Source: Eledone cirrhosa (lineage: Eukaryota). Taken from it: a stretch of DNA of 64,000 nt. Shown here one piece after another: positions 51,990-64,000 of this stretch (positions within the stretch are counted from its first letter, which is position 1; each line of letters begins with the position of its first letter). The stretch spans positions 1 through 64,000 of the forward strand of contig CAXHJY010000194.1 in NCBI GenBank assembly GCA_964016885.1, written 5' to 3'. Under the pieces are notes generated by a model. It saw nothing but the letters and a program-made list of their open reading frames with translations. It ran no database searches and was not told the origin of the DNA. Both the position numbers and the translations under genes were made by a program.

Positions 51990-52400
51990 AAACCAACAGT
52001 ATGACTCTAGACATAGTAATTTATAGCAGGTCTTCAGGTCTTCAAGAATCATGAGAGTATCTTTATTTTGTAGACCTAGAAAAGACATATAACGGCATTC
52101 CACATGACTTGTGGAAAGTTCTGCAGGAGTATGGAATCAACAGACAGTTTCTTGTTGCCTTGAAGTCTCTCTATGAATGCCCTAGTATTTGTGTTCACAC
52201 AAATGGGGTAAGTTGAAACCAATCAATGTGGGTGTCATAATCTTCATAAACAGGATTGACATGTGCAGTAGGGTTGGAAGTGATATCAAAACCGGTAGGA
52301 TAGAGATGAGTTGCAGCTGTAATTTGCAGACAACATGGTTCTTACTTAACTCATCAGAAGGTGATCTCTTTCACCCATAGGATAGGTTTGATGCTGAGTT
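51990..52400 (+). mobile_element. RTE-clade RT fragment
   Basis: FVDLEKTYN, LWKVLQEYGI, LKSLY, FADNMVLL and DRFDAE motifs. Confidence 0.75.
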
Positions 52401-52750
52401 GTATGTCGAGGAATGAACATCAGTGCTGTAAAGACAGAGATACTTGCTGCCTCAAGAAAGTTTGCACAGTGAATTCTGCATGTGAGTAGAATATATATGT
52501 ATATATATTTGTGTGTGTATATATATATATATATATATCCTTCTCACAGGTATTTTTGCTGCGTACATGTATGTATATGTGCTTGCATGCACACACACAC
52601 ACATTAATTCAATTCAATCTGTGTTTATTCCTGATATTATTTTGATGTTACAAAAAACTTATATTTCCTCTCACATCACAAAAAAGAAATGAGCACATCT
52701 TTTCATCTCTACTTAGACTGCTTGTTTATTTGTTTTTGTTTGTGCAAATA

Positions 52751-52793
<43 letters not shown>

Positions 52794-53269
52794 ATATGTT
52801 TATATTTATACACACACACACACAATTTTCTCCTGCACAAATGCACCTGTTAATGTATATATAATACGTGTGTATATGTGTCAATAAACAGTTTCTACCA
52901 AACTGTGCCTTGTTTCTTTATTACTCTTCCCATTTCCTAACCATTGAAACATATCAGTTTAAAGAGCGCATCCTTTAAAAGTATGTGTCCTTAAAAAGGA
53001 TATTAAAGAGTTCTTCCACTTACGTCAGAGCTTTTTTTAAGCTGAATTAGTTGCCTATTGCGATGGCTGTCAATTACTTGATGGGGTTGGTAAACAGGTT
53101 TCTGATGAATACCACAGCACTTCAGAAATGGATTTGGCTGAGGAAATTATGATGTATGATCACAGGAGAAAAATGGATAGTGTGTATGTATATGTGTCTG
53201 TGTGTTGAGTGTGACTTTTAGTGGGTTACCTTAATTTCCATGTTGATGTTAGACGAGATGTGTTTCTGG

Positions 53270-53900
53270 TTTAATGGTAGGATGTGATGTGTTTGGAAAT
53301 ATATATTCCTCACTCGTGTATTTGTCAAGTGTGAAAGGATTATTAAATAACGTGGCAGCTACATTTATTTGTAAAGTGTGTATAGTGATGGGAGCTGCAA
53401 ATGGAGAGGATGTTGAGCTGAATCTTGAGAATTGGGTGAAGATAGAAGCTGTGAAAACTTTTTGTTACCTTGGAGACATGTTGAATGGAGAAGGTGGATC
53501 AGACTCTGCCACAATATCTAGAAGGAGATGAGCATAGAAGTTCCAGGAACTGAGTGGTGTACTTATGAAGAGGGGAGTGTTATTTAGACTGAAGGGAATG
53601 GTGTATGTTGCATATGTGAGAAGAGTAAGGGACATAGGTCATCTAGGTGGAGAATGAGTGGAAGAAAGAGGGACTACCCTCAGTTGATGTAACAGAAGGA
53701 CCAGCTATCAAAGCTAACAGTTATAGAGTCAAAGAAACAATCAAGGAGATGAAAAATGCTACAACTGTTGAACGTCAGATATAGTTCTTGAGATGCCAAA
53801 ATCTTGTGGGGCAGTAGAAGTCTAGATAAACACCTATATAGTCAATTAGGTAATACATGATGGCATCATACCTAATGAAGCTTTATAGTGCCATTGAAGG
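53270..53900 (+). mobile_element. Decayed RTE LINE fragments
   Basis: IEAVKTFCYLGDMLNGEGGSDSA...KFQELSGVL...LKGMVYVA.VR. Confidence 0.75.
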
Positions 53901-54569
53901 TACTTATTTCCCAATATCACCATCATTGCTGACCCATGTCGAATGATATCTTCCACCAGGTGCAGAAGGTTGCTCTTACACTGACCTATTGGAAACTACA
54001 TTTGGACTAACTGCCACAGCTTGATTGTTTTCTCAGGGTGTACTCCCATAGCCCTTGTCTTCCTGGGCTCTCTCACAAGCATGTAGAGTAGTGATTGATA
54101 AGCTGATTATATATATATGGGAGAGAGAGAGATTGTAATATGCAAATAAAGTTTGTACATATGCTGTAACACTGACTTCAATTCTTTTAAATCTACTTAC
54201 ACTCTGCACTCTACAGCTGTAACACTGGAATACAACCCAATCAATATGGACCATGTAACAGCATTGAGTGCTTCAAACAGTGTGCCACCTGTAACTGTTG
54301 TTACACACCTAACTAACATATAAAGTGTAAAGTGGTGGTGTAGGCATCATGACAAAAAGCACCCAGTACTCACTGTAAATGGGTTGGCACTAGGAAGAGC
54401 ATCCATCTGTAGAAACCAAGCCAAAATAGGTTCTGTATGAGCAAGACACGGTCACCTGACCTGTCATTGCTCACAACAGGATAACTTGTCTGACCCATGC
54501 CAACATGATAATATATATAATAAACGGTGATGATATATATATTTATAATTTATTATGGCTAATTGATGA

Positions 54570-54619
54570 GTCTTGTTACTCTGGATTTTCACCTGTGAAC
54601 TTAGATCATCAGACAAGAC
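54570..54619 (-). ncRNA. Type-I hammerhead ribozyme (family E) with inverted partial copy at 54621-54652
   Basis: GTCTTGT-CUGAUGA-tctaagttcacaggt-GAAA-atccagag-UA-ACAAGAC; perfect 7-bp stem I, imperfect stems II and III; 16-bp hairpin 54604-54636. Confidence 0.65.
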
Positions 54620-54884
54620 AGTCTTGTCTGATGATCCTCTGAGTACACAGGTTCTAACATCCAGTGCTGCTTCATTATATATATATATGTAGCTGTGTAT
54701 ATGTGTGTTTGTGTATATATATATATATATATGTGTGTGTTTGTGTATATATATATGTGGCTGTGTATATGTATGTGTCTGTTTGTGTACATATGGATCT
54801 ATGTATACATATTTGTTATTTGTTTAGGATATATTCCACATGAAAAAATCTCATCTGTAGCTGAATCTAACCAACATGTAAATG

Positions 54885-55450
54885 TTGCTATGAAGCATGA
54901 TAATGTTGTTATGGTAATGTTTTGTCATTATAATGTTCTTATGCCATAATGTTGTTAAGGCAAAATATTGATATGACATGATAATGTTGTTAAGACACAT
55001 GGTAATAATGTTGCACCATGATAATGTTTGTATGATATGCGATAATGTTGTTTTGACATGATAATGTTGTTACCATGCTTGATAATGTTGATGTGACCTG
55101 ATAATATTGGTATGACATGATAACATTATCATGACTTGATAATGTTGTTATGACCTGATAATATTGGTATGACATGATAACATTATCATGACTTGATAAT
55201 GTTGTTATGACCTGATAATATTGGTATGACATGATAACATTATCATGACTTGATAATGTCGTTGTGACATGTCATAATGTCGCTAAGATACATAATATTG
55301 TTAAGATACATGATGTTGTTGTACCATGATAATTTTGTTAACACACATGGTAATGTTATGACATTATAATGTTGTTAAGACTCATGTTGATGTTGATGTG
55401 ACCTGATAATGTTGTTAAGACAAGTGAAAAAAATGTTGTTGTCAAATAAC
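54885..55450. repeat. ~19-bp minisatellite with a 57-bp higher-order repeat
   Basis: gacatgataatgttgtt-type units; a near-perfect 57-bp unit occurs about 3 times at 55076-55258. Confidence 0.85.
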
Positions 55451-55689
55451 ATAAAATGCTATATATGTACACATAGACACACACATGTATATGCATACAC
55501 ATACACACATGCATACAAATGCACGTATTTATGTACACATACACACAGAAACAGCTATTTGTTAACTTTATTGTTGTTGTTGTTTGTTGCGAAGTGACTG
55601 ATTCTTATTACTGTTCTGTTAGGTTTGGAGATTAAAGTTGGTGAGTTCCATTTTCTTATCTCCTCTAGAATGACACTTCTAAAGACCTC

Positions 55690-56030
55690 CTAACATTTTT
55701 GAACACTTTCTAACACTTTTCAACATTTCTGAACACCACAGAACATTTCCTAACACTTCTCAATCCTTCAGACAACTTCTGAAACTTCTGAAACTTCTGA
55801 ACATTTTGGAACACTCTCTAACACTTCTCAACACCTCTATACACTTCTGAATATTTCGAAACGTTTCTGAACATTCTGAACTTTTCTAAACACTTCTGGA
55901 CATTTCTAAACACTTTTCAATATATCTAAACACTTTTCAATATATCTAAACACTTCTGAACAATTTTGAACTCTTCTAAACAGTTTCAGCAATACTGAAC
56001 ACTTACTTCCTCACATATTTAAACACTTCT
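55690..56030. repeat. Degenerate ~10-11-bp repeat (aacacttctga)
   Basis: Direct reading. Confidence 0.75.
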
Positions 56031-56327
56031 CGGTGTTCTTTTTAGCTCTTTTACAATATTGCAAAATCACTTTATATTTCTTTCAACTAAACCTATGTTG
56101 ATACATACATACACACAGAGACTCTCACACACACACACCATATATTTTTGGATGCTTTCCTAATAATTTTCTTTTACCCTCAGTCTCTTTTCTCTATTTA
56201 AATATAAACACATGTACATACACCCACACCCACACACACAATCAAATATATATATGCATGTATATATATGTGTGTGTGTTCATGTGTATGTATGTATATA
56301 TAAATATGTATGTGTATATATATATAT

Positions 56328-56373
<46 letters not shown>

Positions 56374-58318
56374 CACACACATATACATGTGCACAGACAT
56401 ATATATATATGTATGTATGTATAAAATGAAACAGCACTGCATGTTAGAACCTGTGTATGTCTACCGTTCCTCTCCTTAAAGATTTCTTTAAATATTTCTC
56501 ATAGTTCTTTGTCAACTCCAGGCCCATAATGCCAGAATGTTCCATTATTGTCTTTACATACCTCCCGAAAATATGCCTGAAGTCCCTTTGTCAATCCCAG
56601 ACCCACAATCCTAGAACATTCCACCACTCTCTTGCCCTCACACCCAGAAAACCCATTCCAAATCTTTTTATTAACACCAGAATCCTCTCCCAGTAAATAC
56701 CCTCAAAGCCCTTCCTGAACTCCAGGCCCACAATCTTAGAATGTTCCACCTTTGTCCTGCCCGCCCCCTACCAAAAAGATCCTGCAAAACCCTTCCTCAA
56801 CCAGAGGCCCACAATTCCAGTATCTTTTACCAATGTTTTGCCTTCCCCCAACCCTCTCCTCTAAAGCCCTTTTTATCAACCCCAAAACTCCTTCAAACCC
56901 TTCATCAACCCCTAAACTACCAGTCAAATTTCATCACCATTTTGTCAAACTACTAAGTATAGTACGCAATTACATATATAGTTTTTGGTGATGGGAAGGG
57001 CATAGAGCCATAAAAAAACTTTCCAAACAAAGGGTTGAAAGGACTCTTCAGGTGTTAAGAGCACGACGACTCCTCTACTGTTGGTTACATGATAAAATGC
57101 ATCCAATACACTCTGCAAAATGACTAGTGGTAGGAAGGGCATCCTGCATTGAAAACTTGTCAAGATGACTCTTCAGTTGCGTTAAAGATAGGACAACTTC
57201 GCTCTTGTTGGTACCACAATAAAATACACCTAGTGAACCCTTTAAAGGGCAGGAAGATATGGGAGCAAGAAGTCAGTAGCTCCAATTAAGTACTTGTCCA
57301 ACCCTTGTTAGCAAAGAAAATAGATGTTAAATTATATAAATATATATATATATATCTTTTCCTGAAAATATCCATAGAAGTGGAGGAGAGTGCTCCAAGA
57401 ACATAGTAGCTAGAATAATGATAGGATGGAAGAAGTTTAGGGAACTACTACCTCTGTTGACAATAAAAAGTTTTTCCCTCTGAATGACAGGCTGGCTGTA
57501 TGTCGCCTGCGTGTGAAGTGTTATGCTGCATAGTTAGCTAAGGCTGGACAAGTCTACATAGACCAAGTCGGTACTAAACTGGGGATACTGGCTTCCCAGA
57601 CAGGCCGAGGGCTATCCTGCTTAAATACGTCATATTGAGTGCAAAGGAGAAGTTGTCATGTCTTTTGACACAAACTGAAGGGTCCTCCTAACCCCTTGTT
57701 TGGCAAGCTTTCTACAGTTGGAGGACCTTCCTAACACCAACCACTTTACAGTGGATACTAGGTGCTTTTATTGTGTGGATCACCAGCGTTAGCGAGGTTG
57801 TTATATCTTTGACACAACTAAAGGATCCTCTCAACCCTTTTAGGCATGGTTTCTAGTGTGTGCTGGGTGCATTTTGGCATCACTAGAGTGGTTGTTGGTC
57901 ATAAGCTAAAGTGAAGGCAACTCATCTAGGAGGGTAGACACTGAATAAAAGCTGATATTGGATGAATCCAGTAAGATAATCTCTTTTGTGTTGGTGGCAC
58001 AAATAGTACACTCAGTCCATGCTGTAAAGTGATTGGTGATAGGAAAGGCATCCAGCCAGATAAAAAAAGCCCTGCCAAAATTATGGAAAGAGCAACACAT
58101 AAGATGTTTTCCCATACAGCCTATGCAAGTGTGGAAAAACACATGTATTCACTCAATATATATATATATAAAATTAGAATTGGTGCTCTGAAATAGCGAT
58201 GTATATATAGTGTATTTTGCAATACACTGTATGCTTAGTTAAAAGCATTTTGAAGACCTTACACTATTGTTTTAAAGTAGTGACTATGTCACTTCTTTTT
58301 TCAACAAACAAAAGGAGA

Positions 58319-58366
58319 TAAGCTGACAGATCTCTGTTTCATACTGTTGGTATTCCTCAGAGCTTA
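58319..58366 (-). ncRNA. Type-I hammerhead ribozyme (family D)
   Basis: TAAGCT-CUGAGGA-ATAC caaca GTAT-GAAA-CAG agat CTG-UC-AGCTTA; all three stems pair, canonical GUC triplet. Confidence 0.9.
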
Positions 58367-58528
58367 GCACTCCTCTTCTTTTTTCAACAAACATCGCTAT
58401 TTCAGAGCACCAATTCTAATTTTCAATTTTTGCTTGACCGGCAACCGCTCTGTATAATCAGTTCCTGATCTTTACTGGAATTCTATAAGAATTCAACATT
58501 CATAATTTTTAACAAACAAGGGGAGTGC

Positions 58529-58576
58529 TAAGCTCTGAGGAATACCAACAATATGAAACAGAGATCTGTCAGCTTA
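58529..58576 (+). ncRNA. Type-I hammerhead ribozyme (family D)
   Basis: TAAGCT-CUGAGGA-ATA ccaacaa TAT-GAAA-CAG agat CTG-UC-AGCTTA; predicted cleavage after 58570. Confidence 0.85.
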
Positions 58577-58709
58577 TCTCTCTTTGTTTGTTGAAAAAAA
58601 AGTAAGTGACATAGTCACTACTTTAAGACAATAGCGTAAGGTCTTCAAAATGCTTTTAATTAAGCATACAGTGTATTACCAAATACACTGTATATACATA
58701 TATATATAA

Positions 58710-59230
58710 GTTTAAACAATATATAACAGGATATATCAATTAAGAAACGGCTAGTATTTTATACATATATACAGGACAAATAATATGTAAATATATATAC
58801 ATACTTCAAGATGGTATAAAGGCCTACAATTCCATAGACAGCTGTTTCCAGAAACCCCAAAAGAATGCAAACCTTCAATCTCAGTAATTAGTATCAATCA
58901 CCAATTATTGATTTTGATAATAAGCATCCTAAGACCTTGATTTCCTTCATCGGTATTGTTCAGTCTTGGCTATAAATATCTCACACTGCATGAAAAATAT
59001 TAGTCATCTGCCCAAGGAAGAATTTTTGAAGAGGTTCTCCACGTGGTGCTAAAATAATGTTTAATGGAAAGGCAGATATTATAGGACAGGCCTTAAGGAG
59101 TGCTAGAAAGAGCTCCAAGCAAATTCACTTTAAATAACCCAAACTAAATTAGACAAATTAGGAGTAGAAATATGCTAATTTTAGATTTAATCAATACATA
59201 TAAAAATATATATCAATAATGTTAGTTTTT
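58710..59230 (-). mobile_element. Penelope-like 3' remnant with degenerate long-stem-II hammerhead (58832-58958, family F)
   Basis: caata-CCGAUGA-aggaaatc..~80 nt..ggtttctg-GAAA-CAGCTG-UC-tatgg; upstream decayed NLSNLVW...YNICLSIKHYF resembles a PLE endonuclease tail. Confidence 0.5.
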
Positions 59231-59619
59231 CTATGTTTTCACACTCTGGAGACTAAGAAACCACAGAGCAGAGTAGTACTCAATACTATTTACTATGTAT
59301 ATATATGATGGGCTTCTGCAGTTGCTGTCTCTCAAATTCCACTCACAAGGCATTGGTAAACCCAAGAATGTAGTAGTAGACTTTCCCAATGTCCCACACA
59401 GTAGGACTGAATCCCAAGACATGTGACTGCATAGCAAACAGCCATAGATGTACCTGTGTAGTTTTAGAAAATGATTTGTTTTATTGTCAGCAAATATTCA
59501 CCATCCTCCTCCTCGTCACCATCACCACAGCCACCACCACCATCTTCATAAGCACCATCATTGTCATCATCATCACCAACACCGTCCTACCATCATCATA
59601 ATCACCATCATCAACATTT

Positions 59620-59960
59620 CACATTGTTTTTCCATGCAGTGTTGTCAGTTCTTAATCAGAATTACTGCCCCCTCTTCGATGGGCTGGAGGCTCACATCTC
59701 ACTCACTTACATCCAGGTTTTGGTGTGGTTTTTGCAGCTGGATGTCTTTACTAATGCCAACCACTTTAAAGGGTGTACTGGATGTATTTTATCCTGTCAC
59801 CAGCATTACCACTTTACAGAAGGTACTGGGTGTATTTTATCATAGTACCAGAACTGACATTTTACAGAGTGTACTGGATGTATTTTATCATGGTACCAAC
59901 ACTACCACTTTCCAGAGTGTTCTGGATGTATTTTATCATGGTACCAGCAACACTTAGTCT
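59620..59960 (-). mobile_element. SINE body with ~45-bp internal tandem repeats
   Basis: About 4 copies of accactttacagagtgtactggatgtattttatcatggtacc. Confidence 0.7.
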
Positions 59961-60425
59961 GTGTTATTCCATCAAATTGTTGTTGCTATATTCATCCAGT
60001 TGATCTGTCCATTTTTCACTGATTCTTTAATGAAGACAGAACTACAAAGGACTCTCACAACATTCTTCTTATTCTCGATATCAAAAGGCTGGCCAATTAG
60101 CAGCTCGTTAAATCTGATCCTATCATTTAGCTACACTCTGTTTTTCTTCGTCAGTGTCATTAGTGTTGGTGAACTAATGAGTTTGGAAGAAAATAGATTC
60201 AATGCTAAAAATACTAAATTATTTGTTCTAACCTTGAACAATTCCATCTAGCATTGATTGAAAGAAATCTCTCTCTCTCTTCCATTTCTGGCTGATATTT
60301 TGAGAAAACAACAGCAATCGCTATTTTTGTTGCTGTTGTTTAATAGATCTCTAAACTGTTTACATGTGTGTGTGTCTGTGTCTGTGTGTATTTCACACTA
60401 GAGGACAGTTGTCCTTCACACTGGA

Positions 60426-60487
<62 letters not shown>

Positions 60488-60699
60488 TATTAAATTAGAT
60501 ACTACAATGAAGACATGGCACAGGAAATGCAGGACATGTGTTACACTGAGCAACTCAACTTATTCAACCTGCAGTATTTATAAATGTATATGGATGTATA
60601 TAAATATATCTATGTATATATATATATATAAAAAAAAAAATATATATATATATATATATGTATATATGTAAAAGATGCTAGTGTGGAGGTGTGTAGATA

Positions 60700-61610
60700 T
60701 GTGGTGTATGCATGAGGTAAGAGGGAGAGGAGCTTCTGCCAGAGTCCTGGCTGGCAAAGAACACATGTACAAGGTCTTCTGGGGTCAATTCTTCCTCTAT
60801 ATCCCTTTCTCACTTCCTCCCTATCACTCCATCAAGAGGATCTGAGGTGTAGAGCGTTCTTGGTTGTGGGATAGTTTGCTAGAGAAAACCAAGAAAATAG
60901 TTGGAGAAAAGTGTGTTCAAAATGATAGAACATGTGCCGATGCCAAGAAGGAAAGGGATAGAAGTCATATAAGAGACTGCTGAAAGAAGAAAATAAATCA
61001 GATGGAGTCAATAATTTAGTCCTTATCGCTGGATCTGTTGGGGAGTTAGAGACTCAATTTCAGGTATAGAAGAAAATCTTAGGTTTTCTCTAGCACACTG
61101 TCTCACAATCCAGAACTTTTTATGCCTCTGGATGGGGATGTTCTGAAAGTGGCACCCTTGCTTTTCTCCCAGAGTGAAGGGTAGGCTGTATGACACCAGT
61201 GTATGAACTGCAATGCTACATAGCAGTGAGACATGGTACCTCACTACAGAAGACATGCAAAGCTGGAAAGAAATGAAGCATGTGTGCTCTGATGGATGTG
61301 CAATATTAATATGCATGAACTACTTGGCATAACCAAACTTAGAGAAAAACTGGGTATAAGAGGAATCAATTGTAGTGTGCAGGAGAGAAAACTGCAATGG
61401 TATGGACATGTGATGTGTTTGGAAGATGACACCTGCATAAAGTGCAGAGATATCTCATTAAATGGAGACGTGTGGAAGAGGCAGACCAAGGAAGTTAGGG
61501 GATGATGTAGGGAGGACCGACCTTAAGCTGAACCTCACAAGTGAGATGACAAAGAACTTTGACGACTGGCAGGCTGTGTTGATGAAAACCCTAAAACCTG
61601 ACCAGACCCG
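60700..61610 (+). mobile_element. Decayed RTE LINE fragments
   Basis: RVKGRLYDT...MLHSSETW, LERNEA, QERKLQWYGHV, GRGRPRK. Confidence 0.8.
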
Positions 61611-64000
61611 GTTAAATATTACCCTGCTCCCTTCTATTAACTCCTTAGTAGCTATCCTCACTATTACTGTACCCCCACCCACAAACCACCCACCACCACT
61701 GTAGTCTCTATTCTCAACATACTCCCACCCATACTCTATCTAGTGTTACCTCCACTCCTCCTCCCACTCTACTCTAAATACCATTCCTAAACCCTGTCAC
61801 ACCAGTCATATCCTCCTGATAGCTGTTATACCCACAGTATCTCCCACACTACTGGAAGTCCCCCTCCCATCCACCAACCCTCACTCTGTCAAATCCCCCC
61901 ACACCTGGCAATACTTCACCTCGCTCATTGTTCATAGGCTAGAGAGGGCTGTTCGGTTGAGTCAATGACAACAACCTCTCTTGTGTTGGTGATCTACAGA
62001 TAAAGACACCCAGTACACTCTGTAAAGTGATCAGTGATAGAAAAGCCATTCAGCCAAAGAAAACCTGCCAAACAGTGTCAAAATAACTCATCAGCTGTGC
62101 CAAAGACATGACATCTTCCCCAGTCCTGGTGCCATGATATAATGCATTTGGTAGAGGTCAGAGGCATCACATGAGTACTGACCAATCTGTGATGACATGT
62201 CCAATCTTTGCTAGCAAGGAAAATAGATATTAAACAATGATGATGTGTGTATCTTTGTATGTATATGTATTTAAGTATGTAAGTATGTATGCACATATGA
62301 TATATACATTAATATAAGTACATATATAAATACATATAATACCCATAATATACATACAAACACATGCATATATATGTGGGGTGGGGTACATATATATATA
62401 TATATGTGTGTGTATATACAAAATACTTAACCAATATTCTTGTTTTCACTGTCCAAAATATCAACATATACTTCTTCCCCATCACTTGCCTCCCACCTCC
62501 TAATTTCATTCTACAAACTTGAAATGATTCCAAATCTTCTTTTCATTTCTGTTTGTTTCGTATACAGTTTCATATTTTCTTTGTACTCAAAGAATTAATT
62601 ATGCTTTTCAAGTGTCTGACCCGAAAACCATTCTGTCTGCTGTCCATTGTCCACAAAATAGAACCTAATTAATTGACTGGCAGCCTAACTGGACTGGACT
62701 GACCCAAGCAGTAGCCGCAAGACGTTTGTCGCATCAGGAAAATTGATATCTGAAGAAATTACAGCAATGTTGAAATATATCCAATGTTTTACAGACATGT
62801 GTTGTCAGAAGTGAATTCTATAAAGTCTTTCTTTGTGTGTCGGTTTCTTTGTTGCAATTGGAGATTCTAGCTTAAGTCTTTTCCTTGTCAATTCTGAACA
62901 ATTGTTGCTGACCAACTGATGATAATTTCAACATGAAACCTTCAAATAAAATAGAAAGAAAATTGATTTTTATTCACTTGAGTAGCTTCACTGAGAGACT
63001 TTTAAGTTTATTGTCTGAATTCAGTATCGTCTGTTAGCTTTACTCATTTAACCCATTTGATACAAAACTGCCTGAAACTGGCTATGGTTCTATAATACAA
63101 AGCTGTTTATTTTAAAGTGTTTATATTTATCTAATAACCTTCCATCATAATTTTATATAAGAACTTTTGTTAGAATGACACAAATGAAGACACAAATGAG
63201 CCGAGAGAGAGAACTGGGCCTAAGAAGAATCAGGTGTACTGTGCAAGAGAGAAGACTGCGCTTGTATGGGCTCATTATATGTATAAAAGTAGAAACAATT
63301 ATATGTATAGATGTTGATTGTTGAGTAAAGAAGTGCTAAGAGATCTAAGTGGAAGGAAACAGCAGTAGAGGAAGACCAAGGGAGAGTTTCTTGCTCAAGG
63401 ACACAATATACCAATAGGAATTCAATCCCATGTTCTTACAATCATGATCCAAACACTCTAGCCATTAAAGCATGCAGCTGTCTGAACAGAGAAGATTGAA
63501 CAGTGTCTATCGAAGCTTAATGGTGAGATTGCATGACTGAATATTTCACTGATTATTGTGGTTTTAAGTTCACATCTCTCAATGGAAGAAAGACTTCAAT
63601 ATTTATTCCTGTTTTTGGTCAATAAAATCATATCATGGTCATTTTTATGTCCACCTTTTGATGTTGACATTGTTTAGAGAGGAGAATGTTTGAAGCAGTG
63701 TTTTCTTAACACCAGCCCATACCTTATTTCTTAGGTAGTGCCTATACTGCTCATCTCTATCAGATCAAGTGGGACATATACCTCATGCATTTTACCATAT
63801 CATAACACCAGCACTATATTTATATCTGTGTCTGCCTGTGCATATAATATTCTCAATGGTCTGATGGTAGTGAGAAAGGTGACATATATAGTCCTGTTAT
63901 TTCAGTTTGTTGATTCAGTTAACCAAATACTTCCAGAATATTCCAATATGTCAGTTAAGAACGACACACCTCCCCCAACACCACCTCTATCACATTGTTG

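Larger units (their letters stand above)
58170..58699. mobile_element. Compound fold-back hammerhead element (family D)
   Basis: ~180-bp inverted arms 58199-58377 / 58518-58699 plus a second perfect 33-bp inverted pair 58170-58202 / 58391-58423; (TA)n flanks. Confidence 0.8.

Noticed and set aside
62440-63050. Possible transposase remnant or exon
   Set aside because: No recognisable motif or clean reading frame.

Overview
An AT-rich, microsatellite-dense eukaryotic window, mostly intronic or intergenic. The SINE/LINE repertoire suggests a coleoid cephalopod such as Octopus, which is my inference. Nearly all ORFs in the track are microsatellite or decayed-transposon artefacts. One well-supported + strand exon (13929-14069) and several weaker exon candidates point to a large, unidentified gene. 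The rest is layered mobile DNA: RTE-clade LINE fragments, R4/Dong-type REL retroelement fragments, two tRNA-SINE families (one forming a ~16-copy same-strand cluster at 36.9-45.4 kb), mariner, piggyBac-like and hAT-like MITEs, a non-autonomous Helitron and Penelope-like (GIY-YIG) remnants. The most notable signal is about 16 type-I hammerhead ribozyme motifs from about 7 sequence families (7 with intact cores, 3 core-mutated, 6 partial). Most sit next to (TA)n tracts and many form fold-back sense/antisense inverted repeats, consistent with Penelope-like pseudo-LTRs or retrozyme-like elements. All structures were read by eye; no database search or folding program was run.
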